Positions 1 to 10,075 of a stretch of 64,000 nt of DNA are shown piece after piece (positions within the stretch are counted from its first letter, which is position 1; each line of letters starts with the position of its first letter). Both the position numbers and the translations under genes were made by a program. This stretch comes from Heteronotia binoei (taxonomy: Eukaryota). The notes under the pieces were generated by a model. That model worked only from the letters and a program-made list of their open reading frames with translations. It searched no databases and was not told the DNA's origin. The DNA lies in contig NC_083224.1 of assembly GCF_032191835.1 (NCBI RefSeq), forward strand, positions 91,202,001 to 91,266,000, in the 5' to 3' direction.

Positions 1-614
1 GAAATGGAGATGACAACCACACCAAATGTTTGCAATGCCTTAGGGCATGCCCTGTAGCCCCCAAAATACAAAATGTGCCCCAGTGATTATGACCAGCTAG
101 AGTACCTTTGGTGCCCTTTAAAAAAACAAACCTTTGCATGAATATGGCTGTACAATGACATATAGCATTTTGTTTTCAAGTAAAGATTCTGTTTTTTCCA
201 GGCTCTCTGCAATCTCAACTCATTTTTAAAATAAAGACCTTTTGACTGTTTCATGGGAAACATACAAAAAGTGTTTGATGAAAGTTCAAGGAAGAGAAGC
301 GACTAAACGGGGTATGTAATGGGGGGGGGGGATTCTGCACACTACCAGTCTCTTAAATTGTGGCTCATTGTTAGCTATCTATACAATATATAGCCTTCTC
401 GGTCTATCTATTGTTCTCCCATTACCTATACCACTGAACTTCCTCCCTCTAAAATCCAAAGGTGGTGAAGGGTGGGGGTGCAATTTGAAAACTATGTGAG
501 CGCTTTCAAGTTAAGCCAGTCCATTCAGTTTTCAGAATGCATTTTGATGGCCAAATCTGTAGGATGGGGATGCTTCCATATTTTGGTCTGGTTTCTGGGC
601 AGGTTTCAACCTAG

Positions 615-1076
615 CAGGGGTCATTTTATAGAAAAATAGGTGATGGAGCTCATTAGCATAACTTATTAGCATATGCTGCCCCTCCACCAGCCAAAAGCAA
701 TCCGACACAAGAAAGGAGAGCCCCGGGCAAGTGAGGATTGCTTGGGCTGGCTAGAGATCCAGCCAGCCCAAGCAGGCCTCACTCACCTGGGGCTCTCCTT
801 GGCCACTTCCCCCCAACAGTCAAAAGGCCAGCAAGCCATCCACCACCCAAAATCACATAAGAAGTAGGGAAAGGGTGGTGTGGGCTTCTCCAGGGATTAA
901 TATTGGCTGCTGGGTGGCCGGCTGGTGGCCGGCTGTCTTCCGCTCTCCTAATCCAGGGATTGTTATTCAGCTGCTCCTACTATTCAATGGACAAGGTAGA
1001 TAGGTGGGGGGAAGGAGGGGGGACCGTCAAGTTCAGGAGCTGTGCTCCTGTAAGCTCCTGCTGAATTCAAGGCCTG
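615..1076. mobile_element. Non-autonomous hAT-type DNA transposon (MITE)
   Basis: Starts CAGGGG and ends CCTG; flanked by an imperfect 8-bp TSD, caacctag (607-614) / ctgcctag (1077-1084); no credible ORF. Confidence 0.6.
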
Positions 1077-1940
1077 CTGCCTAGTATTTTTTTTTGTAGT
1101 GTCAATAATTAGAAAATATGGTAATACCTAGCCCTGAATGCTGAAATACGAATCTGACTCCTGAATTTCTGGCCTGACTTCTAGAGGCAATGAAAATTTG
1201 TCAAGGCCTGAACTAAACACAATAAGGACCTATCTGGTCTTTCTTTGCTATTCAGATTGAAAGTTAACCCCAAAACTCTACCCAGAGCGATATCCAAACC
1301 TTAATAATAGTCCCTGTGGAAATATTCTCCAGGTAAAAGACTTTCCAGAGCAAACAAAGCACAAAACTAAAACAAAGCTCTTTCTGCACAGTGAGGCAGC
1401 TATGATGTATATAGGGAAAGAGGAAAAGCATTGTGTGTGCACGCGCATGTCTGTGTTTAAGTCTCATGTGCCTAGAAATGTTTCCTTGCTGAGTTTCTAC
1501 TTTCCTTTCACACTCGATGTCCAGTATGGCTCTATCATAGCACTGAATTTGGAATTCTCTGAAAGCAGTCTCACAAGTTCTGGAAAGAACAAGTAAAACA
1601 AACTTTTGAAACTGGTGGGATAGGGAATCCAAGGACTGTCTGAATTACATTCATCTGCAGGTACATCCAAAGCTCTCTGCCCACATAACCTACGTCTCTG
1701 TGTGTTTTAAGGAGCTAAATAAGGAATAAAACTGACAAGACTGATTTAGACAGTTTTGTTAGCTCAAAAGTTGAGTCAAAACCCTCCACCATACAGAATA
1801 TTACAGCAAAGTTGCATATACCTTAACACAAGAGTATAGAAATGAACAGAAACATGCAACTGATAGTCTCTCTGAGTTCAATTAAACAACTGACTCCTGC
1901 TTGCAAAATTTGTAATGAGCCATGCTATTTTTCTTCCAAT

Positions 1941-2153
1941 TACGGTCACCACCTCTGGGTTGGGAAATTCCTGGAGGTTTGGGGGAGGAACCTGGGAAAG
2001 GCGGAGTTTGGGGAGCAAGTTCAGCAAGGATGTGATGCTGTACACTTCATCCTGTAAAGCTGCCATTTTCTCAAGGGAAACTTATCTTAGTAGTCTGGAG
2101 ATAGTTATAATTCTGGAAGCACTCTAGGCTCCATCTGAAAATTGACAGTCATA
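1941..2153. repeat. Copy of a dispersed MITE-like repeat (TAGGGTTGCCA-type termini), decayed
   Basis: Shares the gggttgggaaattcctggag...ccattttct core with copies at 2821-2889, 3587-3761, 4290-4430 and 11076-11180. Confidence 0.55.
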
Positions 2154-2820
2154 CTTCCAGTACTCAAAGTAGTCCAAGATGCTAAATTCCTCCAATTCAC
2201 TCTTCTTCCAAAAGGAATTCAGTTCCAACAGACTGGACAACACAACCAGATTGGAATTTACAGAATGAAAAACATAGCCCTTATATAAGGTGGTAAGAGC
2301 CTGGAAAATATGATCTAGTGCCTAGCCAAATGTCTGACTCTTCCTCTATGGGCCTAACTATCTGTTGTGTTTTTCCCAGAGACATACATGGGTGTGATGG
2401 AGAGGTGTGTTTTGAAGTTCCAGACTTCCCTGGAGTGTGTATAAAACAGCAAATGTATTCCAGACCAATTCTGGAAGGCTGGCCTGCCGACCAGGGAGAA
2501 AGTGATCAGGTTTCTCCAGTGAGAGGCACTGGGATTTTTCATCTGTGGTAAAGCTCAAAATCACTGTGCTCACACAAACAGAGCTCTTAATCTAATAACG
2601 TTTATTTAAGAAGCAGATACCAAAAAGTACAGCAGAGTACAGAGAGAGTACCTAGATTTTACTCCAGCAGACACATATCACAAACAAAGATGTTACCTGG
2701 CTGGCCATTGCCATAGAAGAATGGCAAGGGCTGTTCTGCTCAAGAAGGATTCTCCAATCCTTTCTTTCAGGGTCACATTCATAGAGATACAGAAGATCAT
2801 TCTAATATTTAATATCTATG

Positions 2821-2889
2821 CCAGGAGTCCCCCAACTTGGAGCTGGCAACCCTACGCCCCACCCCCCCGTAGGGGACCTGGCAACCCTA
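2821..2889. repeat. Terminal fragment of the same MITE-like repeat
   Basis: Two tggcaacccta termini (reverse complement of tagggttgcca). Confidence 0.5.
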
Positions 2890-3169
2890 TCCCTGATATT
2901 TCTAGTTAAAAGAGTGGATTGTTACGTGATGCAAATGGCCTCTGCATAAGACCTTGGAGAGGTGCTGCCAGTCCAAGTAGACAGTACTGACCTTGGCTGG
3001 CTGAGAGTCTGATTCAGTATGAGCTTACCTCTGTTTCAGAATCTCTCGCTGGTTTTGGGCTAGACAGTCTTCAACCTCAGTTTCCCAGCTATAAAGTCAG
3101 ATGCTAGTAATGTATCTTGCAAATATGTTTGGAAGGTAGCTTTGTAAAATATTATATAAATTAGTAGGT

Positions 3170-3326
3170 GTTGGAAGGTCCCAAGTTCAGTCCCCATCAT
3201 TTCCAGGTTAAAGGACTAGGTGATATGAAAGACTCTGGAGAGCTGCTGCTAGCCTGAGTAGAAAATGCTGACTTTGGTGGATCAAGGGTCTGATTCTGTA
3301 GAAGGCAGTTTTGTGTGTTCATGTGT
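3170..3326 (+). repeat. SINE-like dispersed repeat; a related 3' fragment lies at about 2945-3025
   Basis: The two segments share ctggagag-ctgctgc-agt-agtaga-a-tactgac-ttg...gggtctgattc-gta. Confidence 0.45.
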
Positions 3327-3586
3327 AATTTGTTTTTGCTCAGTATAAAGCGAGTTGGAAATTTCAACCCATAGTTTCAAGGCACAGCCAGCAGATGGCA
3401 TCATGAGCAAAAAGGAAACAACTTGTTTTTCAGACATCTGGATTGATTTATTTCTCTTTTCTCTGGCAGACTCATGAGATTTTCTTTTTATGGAATCAAA
3501 ATCCACCAATCCTCCATTCTCCTACTTATAAAGCATAGATAAAACGTTAAGTGAATGGATGCAACATTAGTCTATATTCGGCTAAC

Positions 3587-3761
3587 TTGGGTTGCCAACT
3601 ACAGGTTGGGAAATTCCTGGAGATTTAGGGGTGGAGCCTGGGGATAGCAGGGTATTGGGAGGGGAGGGACCTCAGTGGATATAATGCCATAGAGTCCACC
3701 CTCCAAATAAGCCATTTTCTGCAGGGGGTGCTGATCTTTGTTGTTCAAAGTCAGTTGGAAT
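3587..3761. repeat. MITE-like repeat copy (TAGGGTTGCCA family)
   Basis: gggttgccaact...gggaaattcctggagattt...ccattttct, as in the other copies. Confidence 0.6.
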
Positions 3762-4111
3762 ATACATCATTCTTTTTTTATGTTAACAGCAAGAAAGAAG
3801 AATAATCCAGCAAGAAAAATAGACTACATTTATAGTGGATTGTATATGAAATTTCCCCACTTCATGATAAAGAAGTAAATTACAGAGTGTACCACTTTAG
3901 CTGTATGAAAGGTACCTTTCCATAATGATTAGGTGTTCTGCTGGCTGACCTCAAGAGTTTCAAGAAAAATGGATCACACAACCAGAAACATTACTCTAAT
4001 TTTTTTCTGATGGTATATACCATAGTAGCTTAATCTGACATAGACCTGCTGCTTCTCCAGTGGTCCCTGAGCTGCCTGACTCCGATTGCAACTCCTTTCA
4101 TGATGTTACAG

Positions 4112-4192
4112 ATTATATGACTTACCCCTAAGGGGGCGGGGAAAATATTATTATTAATATTTTCCCGGCCCCTTAGGGGTAAGTCATATAAT
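4112..4192. repeat. Near-perfect 81-bp palindrome (hairpin)
   Basis: attatatgacttacccctaagggggcggggaaaatatta...taatattttcccggccccttaggggtaagtcatataat; arms of about 38 bp with one mismatch and one 1-nt bulge. Confidence 0.9.
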
Positions 4193-4289
4193 GGAATTTT
4201 TGCATTTTTCCCCTGTTATTGTACTAAAAATACAGGCACTGTAGCAACCATTGAGATAGAAACTTAAGCTACAGTGGTAGGTTCAGGAA

Positions 4290-4430
4290 GGGGTGCCAAC
4301 CTCCAAGTTGGGTCTGGCATTCTCCTGGAATTACCACTTTTCTCTGGACTACAGAGGTCAGTTCCCCTGAAGAAAATGCTGCTTTGGAGGAGGGTGGACT
4401 CTATGGTAATAGTACCCCACTGAAATCCCT
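4290..4430. repeat. MITE-like repeat copy, opposite orientation to 3587-3761
   Basis: aggggtgccaacctcc...ctcctggaattac...cagttcccctg-agaaaatg-ctgctttggag. Confidence 0.55.
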
Positions 4431-5177
4431 AATTGTTCAGGATAAGTACAGCATTTAGGATTTAGATATGATTTTACAGACCATGTGTGTCTTTTTATTT
4501 GTTTATTAAATTTTCTTATATTTTGAATGTTTGAAGCCTGATCTCTGTGCACCATGCCTATTTGGCCTCACTTTTCTAAGAGTAAAAAAGTTTAGAAGTT
4601 GGTACCCATCAGGGCTTTTATTTGAGCAGGAATGCACAGGAAAGCAGTTTGTGGGGCATGTACCTAGGATGGCTGAGGGTTTTTCAAGCTTCCAGGACCT
4701 AGGAAAAGGGGCTTGCAAGTCCATTCCTTCACATGGTGGAATTAGAACTAGGAAATTAGAACCAATGCAAAAAAGTATCAGACTTGATATACCAAACAAT
4801 GCAGAGAATGGAATTACAGAACCAGAATACAACATAGTAAGAGCAGAATAATACATACAATAGATAATGTGTGCCATAAACAGTGGCAGAGACTAACCGT
4901 TTCCTTCCCAGAAGAACCTTCCTGAGATATTTGACCATAGCCTTCTTCCCTTGATTAAAAAAAAAACCCTCTTGAACCATTCTGTTTTACATAGATTGCA
5001 AAATAACAGGTGTGGGAGGCTTCCTGCCCTCCTGGGAAGGCATTCTACAAAAATGTGAAATACGGTTATTTCCAGACTTTGGAGATGCTAGATAAAGGGC
5101 ACTACAGTCTAGATTCTAGAAAGTAAACAGAAGGCCATGGATGGCAACTTCCCAATTCGAAGAACAGATTATGAAAT

Positions 5178-5429
5178 GAGAGCCAGTTTGGTGTAGTGGT
5201 TAAGTGTGCGGTCTCTTATCTGGGAGAACTGGGTTTGATTCCCCACTCCTCCACTTGCACCTGCTGGCATGGCCTTGGGTCAGCCATAGCTCTGGCAGGG
5301 GTTGTCCTTGAAAGGGCAGCTGCTGTGAGAGCCCTCTCCAGCCCCATCCACCTCATAGGGTGTTTGTTGTGGGGGAGGAAGGTAAAGGAGATTGTGAGCC
5401 GCTCTGAGACTCTTCGGAGTGGAGGGCGG
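5178..5429 (+). mobile_element. tRNA-derived SINE with L2-like tail, split by the Gypsy insertion (tail resumes at 10076-10089)
   Basis: A-box-like TGGTGTAGTGG and B-box-like GGTTTGATTCCC; tail gtgagccgctctgag...ggagggcgg|gatataaat; a reverse-strand sibling lies at 10702-10912. Confidence 0.85.
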
Positions 5430-5688
5430 TGTAGTGTATCGGCAGCCACACGCGCCATGCGCAGAGGCGACTGGGCAGTCCCAGGCGCCTCCAGCGCGGG
5501 GCGCGAAATCCCCCGCCAATCACCAGCAGCGGCGGGAAGTTTAACAGGTCAGGATTGGCCTGACCTGTCCAGTAGGCTGTACCGGGGATTGTACATAAGC
5601 GGGACCCGGCCCGCGTGTTCTCTCTCTTGCAACGTGCTCCTAATAAAGAATGTTGCCCTACTCGCATCTCCCGACTGAATACGTTACA
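5430..5688 (+). repeat. 5' LTR
   Basis: TGTAGTG...GTTACA; AATAAA at 5642-5647; 7 differences from the 3' LTR. Confidence 0.97.
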
Positions 5689-5689
5689 C

Positions 5690-5707
5690 TGGCGACAAGG
5701 ATGGGAT
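5690..5707 (+). promoter_or_regulatory. Primer-binding site, most likely tRNA-Ser(GCT)
   Basis: TGGCGACAAGGATGGGAT, 1 nt after the LTR; 17/18 match to the reverse complement of the vertebrate tRNA-Ser(GCT) 3' end as I recall it (TGGCGACGAGGATGGGAT). Confidence 0.75.
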
Positions 5708-5772
5708 ACTAGCGTCACCGGCTACGTCGGAGACCAAGGGCACCACTGACCACGACCGCCGCCGCAGCCACC

Positions 5773-8700
5773 ATGGCCAACCAGGGCGGAAACACCGGTC
5801 ACGTTGAGCCGTTCGACCCAGCGAATCCAGAGGCCTGGGAGTCCTACTTGGAAAGGGTCGAATGCTACCTGAGGGCCAACAAGGTCACGGAGGACTGCAT
5901 GAAGAGGGACGTTCTCCTGAGCGTCTGCGGGGCGGCCACATTCGAGATCGCCAAGGGTCTCTCGGCCCCCGCCCGCCTCACGGAGAAGTCCTTCGCCGAG
6001 GTCAGCAGACTCCTCACCAGCCACTTCTTACCTCAGCCTTCACGGGTGGCCCGCCGGTTCCTGTTCCACAGAAGGGACCAGGCTGCCGGAGAATCGGCCG
6101 CCGACTACTTGGCGGCCCTCCGTAGGATAGCCGGGAACTGCAACTTCCCCCAGCTGGAAGACACCCTGGCTGATCGCTTCACGTGGGGCCTCCGCGACGA
6201 GAGGCTCCAGCAGAAGCTCTTCGCCAAGAAAGAGCTCACCCTCCAGAGCGCTTTCAACGAAGCAGTGGCGTTCGAGAGGACCTCCAGGACCTTTCCCAAG
6301 GCCCGGACAGATGCCGCCCACCACGAGGAGCTGGACCACGACCGCCCGGAGGAGGGAGAAGCCCACCAGCTGTGTCGCCCCGCCGGGCCACCCAACAGAG
6401 CAGCCCAACGCCCCCGAGCGCCCGATCGACCACCAGCGTCGGAGAGGGTCCCTGCCACCAAGTGCGCCAGCTGCAGTGACCCCCACGACCGGAGAGACTG
6501 CCAGTACCGGACCTGGGACTACCGGAGCTGCGGGAAGACCGGCCACATCGCCAGGGCTTGCCGAGCCAAGCCCAACCGCCGGAGGCCGACCACGCATCAC
6601 GAGTCGGCGGAGTTCCACTCCATAGACTCCACGTCCCTTCAGGTACTGAACTTGCCCCTCGCCACCCCCGACAAAATTAAAATGGCGGTCCTCATCGAAG
6701 GGAACCCCTGCCAAATGGAGGTGGACTCAGGTTCCTCCATTTCCATTATAGCAGAGGAGACCCTGAGGAAACTGTGCCCCCGCCAGCGGCTTCAACTAAG
6801 GCCGGCGGACTTCATACTCCGGGACTTTCAGAAGAACCCGGTGCAGATCGCGGGGTGGGCGCGGGTGCAAGTCGAGCGGGGGTCCTTCTACGGCCCGCTG
6901 GACATCCTGGTGGTAAAGCGCCAGCTTACCACCCTGCTAGGACTAGCGTGGTTCAAACCCTTGGGGATCCGCTTGGAGGGGGTGGGGCAAACCCTAACGC
7001 CCAGAGGGTTCGGGGAGATATGCCAAGAGTTCCCTGACGTATTCGATGGTTCCCTAGGGAGCTACAAAGGGCCGGCCGTCTCCCTACCACTAGACCCCAC
7101 GGTCAGGCCGATTCGGCCCAAGGCAAGGAGGGTCCCGTTCGCCTTGAAGCCAAAAATAGAGGCCGAACTAGACCGCCTCACGGCCCAGGGAGTCCTGGAG
7201 CCAGTGGACTATTTCACCTGGGAGACCCCCATCGTAACCCCAATCAAGCCAAACGGGGAGGTGCGGATCTGTGCAGACTATAAATGCACGATAAACAAGG
7301 CACTGCAGGATAACCCCTACCCAGTGCCGGTGGTGAGCCACGTCCTGGCTGCCCTCGCGAGGTCTAAAATCTTCGGGAAGCTGGATCTGGCACAGGCCTA
7401 CCAACAGCTCCCGGTAGACAATAAGACGGCCGAGGCCCAGACGATTGTGACACACAGGGGGGCCTTCCGGGTGAGGAGGCTACAGTTCGGGGTAAGCGTC
7501 GCTCCGGGAATCTTCCAGAGTATAATGGACGCTCTCCTTAAAGGGATCCCCGGAGTCCAGCCGTTCTTCAATGACGTTTTAGTCGCCGCCCCGGACCCCG
7601 AAGAGTTCGGCAACCGCTTACGTGAGGTGCTCCGCCGGTTCCAGGCAGCGGGGCTCAAGGTTAAGACAGAGAAATGCTTGCTGGGGGTCCCACGGGTGGA
7701 GTTCCTGGGGTTCGCCGTAGATGCAGCAGGAATCCACCCAACGGAAGAAAAGACCCGAGCCATCGTGCAAGCCCCAGCCCCCACCTGCAAAGCGGAGCTA
7801 CAAAGCTTCTTGGGGGTGCTTAACTTCTACCATTCATTCCTCCCCCACAAGGCAGCCCTTGCAGAGCCCCTTCACCGGCTGCTGGACAAAAAAGCCCCTT
7901 GGGTTTGGGGCAAACGACAAGCCGCCGTGTTCCAGGCGGTCAAGGACGTCCTGGTGTCCAATGCGGTGCTCCACCATTTTGACGAGGGCCTCCCCGTCAT
8001 ACTGGCCTGTGATGCATCGCCTTATGGGGTGGGAGCAGTCCTGGGGCACCAACTCCCGGACGGGAGGGAGGTACCGGTAGCGTATTACTCCCGCACACTG
8101 ACTCCGGCCGAGCGCAATTACGCGCAGATAGATAAGGAGGCTCTGGCAATCGTGGCGGGGGTCCACAAGTTCCATGAATACCTGTACGGCCGGAGGTTCA
8201 CTATTGCCACGGACCACAAGCCCCTCCTGGGTCTGTTGGCCCCAGACCGGCAAACCCCCCAAATCCTATCACAGCGTGTGTTGAGGTGGAACCAATTCCT
8301 CAACTCATACACTTACACACTGGTCCACCGAGCCGGCAAAGCTATGGGTCACGCGGACGCACTCAGCCGGCTGCCACTTCCGGAAGTAGGTCCAGACCCG
8401 GCCCCCGCACACCAGGTAATGCTACTGGAGGGCCTCCCGGAGCAGCCCCTCCACGCTGAGGAGGTCGCCAAGGCCACCCAAAAACACAAAATGCTGGCAC
8501 GGGTGCTCGACTGGGTGGTGAGGGGCTGGCCAGAAGAGAACATGGGGGAAGAATTCAAGCCGTATAAGACCAGGAGGGAGGAACTAGCAGCACACAAAGG
8601 GTGCATATTATGGGGAAGCAGGGTGGTGGTCCCGCCCCTGCTGCAAAAGCGTGTTCTGGAATCCCTACATGAGACCCATCCCGGCATAGTCCGAATGAAG

Positions 8701-9300
8701 GTGTTAGCCAGGAGCTACGTCTGGTGGCCGGGGATGAACGGGGAGATTGAGAGCTGGGTCCGTAGGTGCCAGACATGTCAGGAGACGCGGCCCGAGCCTC
8801 CCAGCGCCCCCGCCACACGGTGGGAGTCCCCCAGGAAGCCATGGTCGCGCCTCCACCTCGACTTCGCGGGGCCATTCCAGGGGCAGATCTTCATGATAAT
8901 CGTGGACGCCTACACCAAATGGCTGGAGGTCATTCCTGTAGGGTCCACCTCGTCCGCCGCCGCAATCCGAGCGCTGCGCAGGGTCTTATGCACACATGGC
9001 ATCCCGGACACCATAGTCTCGGATAACAGGGCCGCGTTCACCTCGGCGGACTTCCAGGCATTCCTCCAGCGATATCTGATAAAGCACATAAGATCTGCCC
9101 CCTTCCACCCGGCCACCAACGGCCAGGCAGAGCAGATGGTCCGCACAACCAAAGAAGCCCTGAGCCGAATCGTGCAGGGCGACTGGGACCACAGGTTAGC
9201 CGCCTTCCTTTTCGATAATAGGGTTACCCCCAAACCCGGTCACAGGGGTCAGTCCGGCAGAGCTCCTCATGGGGCGCAAGCTCATAACCCGCCTAGATAG
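5773..9300 (+). CDS. Gypsy gag-pol polyprotein (1175 aa, frameshifted near the integrase C-terminus)
   Basis: Gag zinc knuckles (CASCSDPHDRRDC; YRSCGKTGHIARAC), protease VDSG, RT LDLAQAYQQ...LQFG...FFND, RNase H CDASPYG, integrase HETH...CQTC, LHLDF, VSDN, NGQAE. Confidence 0.95.
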   Translation: MANQGGNTGHVEPFDPANPEAWESYLERVECYLRANKVTEDCMKRDVLLSVCGAATFEIAKGLSAPARLTEKSFAEVSRLLTSHFLPQPSRVARRFLFHRRDQAAGESAADYLAALRRIAGNCNFPQLEDTLADRFTWGLRDERLQQKLFAKKELTLQSAFNEAVAFERTSRTFPKARTDAAHHEELDHDRPEEGEAHQLCRPAGPPNRAAQRPRAPDRPPASERVPATKCASCSDPHDRRDCQYRTWDYRSCGKTGHIARACRAKPNRRRPTTHHESAEFHSIDSTSLQVLNLPLATPDKIKMAVLIEGNPCQMEVDSGSSISIIAEETLRKLCPRQRLQLRPADFILRDFQKNPVQIAGWARVQVERGSFYGPLDILVVKRQLTTLLGLAWFKPLGIRLEGVGQTLTPRGFGEICQEFPDVFDGSLGSYKGPAVSLPLDPTVRPIRPKARRVPFALKPKIEAELDRLTAQGVLEPVDYFTWETPIVTPIKPNGEVRICADYKCTINKALQDNPYPVPVVSHVLAALARSKIFGKLDLAQAYQQLPVDNKTAEAQTIVTHRGAFRVRRLQFGVSVAPGIFQSIMDALLKGIPGVQPFFNDVLVAAPDPEEFGNRLREVLRRFQAAGLKVKTEKCLLGVPRVEFLGFAVDAAGIHPTEEKTRAIVQAPAPTCKAELQSFLGVLNFYHSFLPHKAALAEPLHRLLDKKAPWVWGKRQAAVFQAVKDVLVSNAVLHHFDEGLPVILACDASPYGVGAVLGHQLPDGREVPVAYYSRTLTPAERNYAQIDKEALAIVAGVHKFHEYLYGRRFTIATDHKPLLGLLAPDRQTPQILSQRVLRWNQFLNSYTYTLVHRAGKAMGHADALSRLPLPEVGPDPAPAHQVMLLEGLPEQPLHAEEVAKATQKHKMLARVLDWVVRGWPEENMGEEFKPYKTRREELAAHKGCILWGSRVVVPPLLQKRVLESLHETHPGIVRMKVLARSYVWWPGMNGEIESWVRRCQTCQETRPEPPSAPATRWESPRKPWSRLHLDFAGPFQGQIFMIIVDAYTKWLEVIPVGSTSSAAAIRALRRVLCTHGIPDTIVSDNRAAFTSADFQAFLQRYLIKHIRSAPFHPATNGQAEQMVRTTKEALSRIVQGDWDHRLAAFLFDNRVTPKPGHRGQSGRAPHGAQAHNPPR

Positions 9301-9801
9301 GCTACACCCCGACAGGGCCCCAGACACTCGCGGAAGTCCCGAGGTCCGGGACGCAACCAGGGGTTTCTTCGCGGGCGACCCGGTATATGCCCGGAACTAT
9401 GCCAGGGGGCCCGAATGGGTGGCGGGCCGGGTGCTACGAGTAACGGTGTCCCGCCACTACGATATATCAACCGAGGGGGCCAGGTATTACGGCGGCACAT
9501 AGACCAGTTACGCCGCCGCACGCTACTGGAGGAACCTGCGGACACTGAACAGGCGAGACCCGGGGAGGAGCCAACCGAGGGCCGACCTGAGGACACGGCC
9601 CCATCCCCGGCTACACCGCCGCACGAAGCGCCGGGACCGTCAGAGCCCGAGAGACCGACAGAACCAGACCCGCAGCCTCCGGCCACATCACGGCCCCCCG
9701 ACGCACCAGCAGCGGAAGCCGCGCCGCCTCCACCGGACCTCCCCAGAAGGTCCACCAGGGAGCGCCGACCTCCCGCGTACCTTAAGGACTATGTTCATTA
9801 A
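9269..9801 (+). pseudogene. Frameshifted integrase C-terminal tail of the Gypsy polyprotein
   Basis: PAELLMGRKL...VYARNY...W in frame 2, then RRHIDQLR...RRSTRERRPPAYLKDYVH* back in frame 1. Confidence 0.85.
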
Positions 9802-9803
9802 CC

Positions 9804-9816
9804 AGGGGGGGAGGGG
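9804..9816 (+). promoter_or_regulatory. Polypurine tract
   Basis: Purine-only run (A/G) immediately before the 3' LTR. Confidence 0.9.
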
Positions 9817-10075
9817 TGTAGTGTATCGGCAGCCACACGCGCCATGCGCAGAGGCGACTGGGCAGTCCCAGGTGCCTCCAGCGTGGGGCGCGAAATCCCC
9901 CGCCAATCACCAGCAGCGGCGGGAAGTTTAACAGGTCAGGATTGGCCTGACCTGTCCAGTAGGCTGTACTGGGGATTGTACATAAGCGGGACCTGGCCCG
10001 CGTGTTCTCTCTCTTGCAACGTGCTCCTAATAAAGAATGTTGCCCTACTCGCGTCTCCCGACTGAGTATGTTACA
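9817..10075 (+). repeat. 3' LTR
   Basis: 259-bp direct repeat of 5430-5688. Confidence 0.97.

Larger units (their letters stand above)
5430..10075 (+). mobile_element. Full-length Ty3/Gypsy LTR retrotransposon (single gag-pol ORF, Mag-like)
   Basis: Two 259-bp TG...CA LTRs, PBS, PPT, domain order gag-PR-RT-RH-IN, and a 5-bp TSD GGCGG/GGTGG. Confidence 0.97.

Noticed and set aside
202-311. Exon-like segment (ttttttccag ... gg|gtatgt)
   Set aside because: Stop codons in all three frames and no recognisable peptide; a non-coding exon cannot be supported without RNA data.
2542-2716. Possible solo LTR (TG start, minus-strand AATAAA)
   Set aside because: No clean CA end, no TSD and no second copy in the window.
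5178-5260. tRNA gene
   Set aside because: A and B boxes are present, but I could not build a cloverleaf and the sequence runs into a SINE body found three times in the window.
6040-6714. 224-aa minus-strand ORF and other short ORFs inside the Gypsy
   Set aside because: Shadow frames of GC-rich gag-pol with no motifs.
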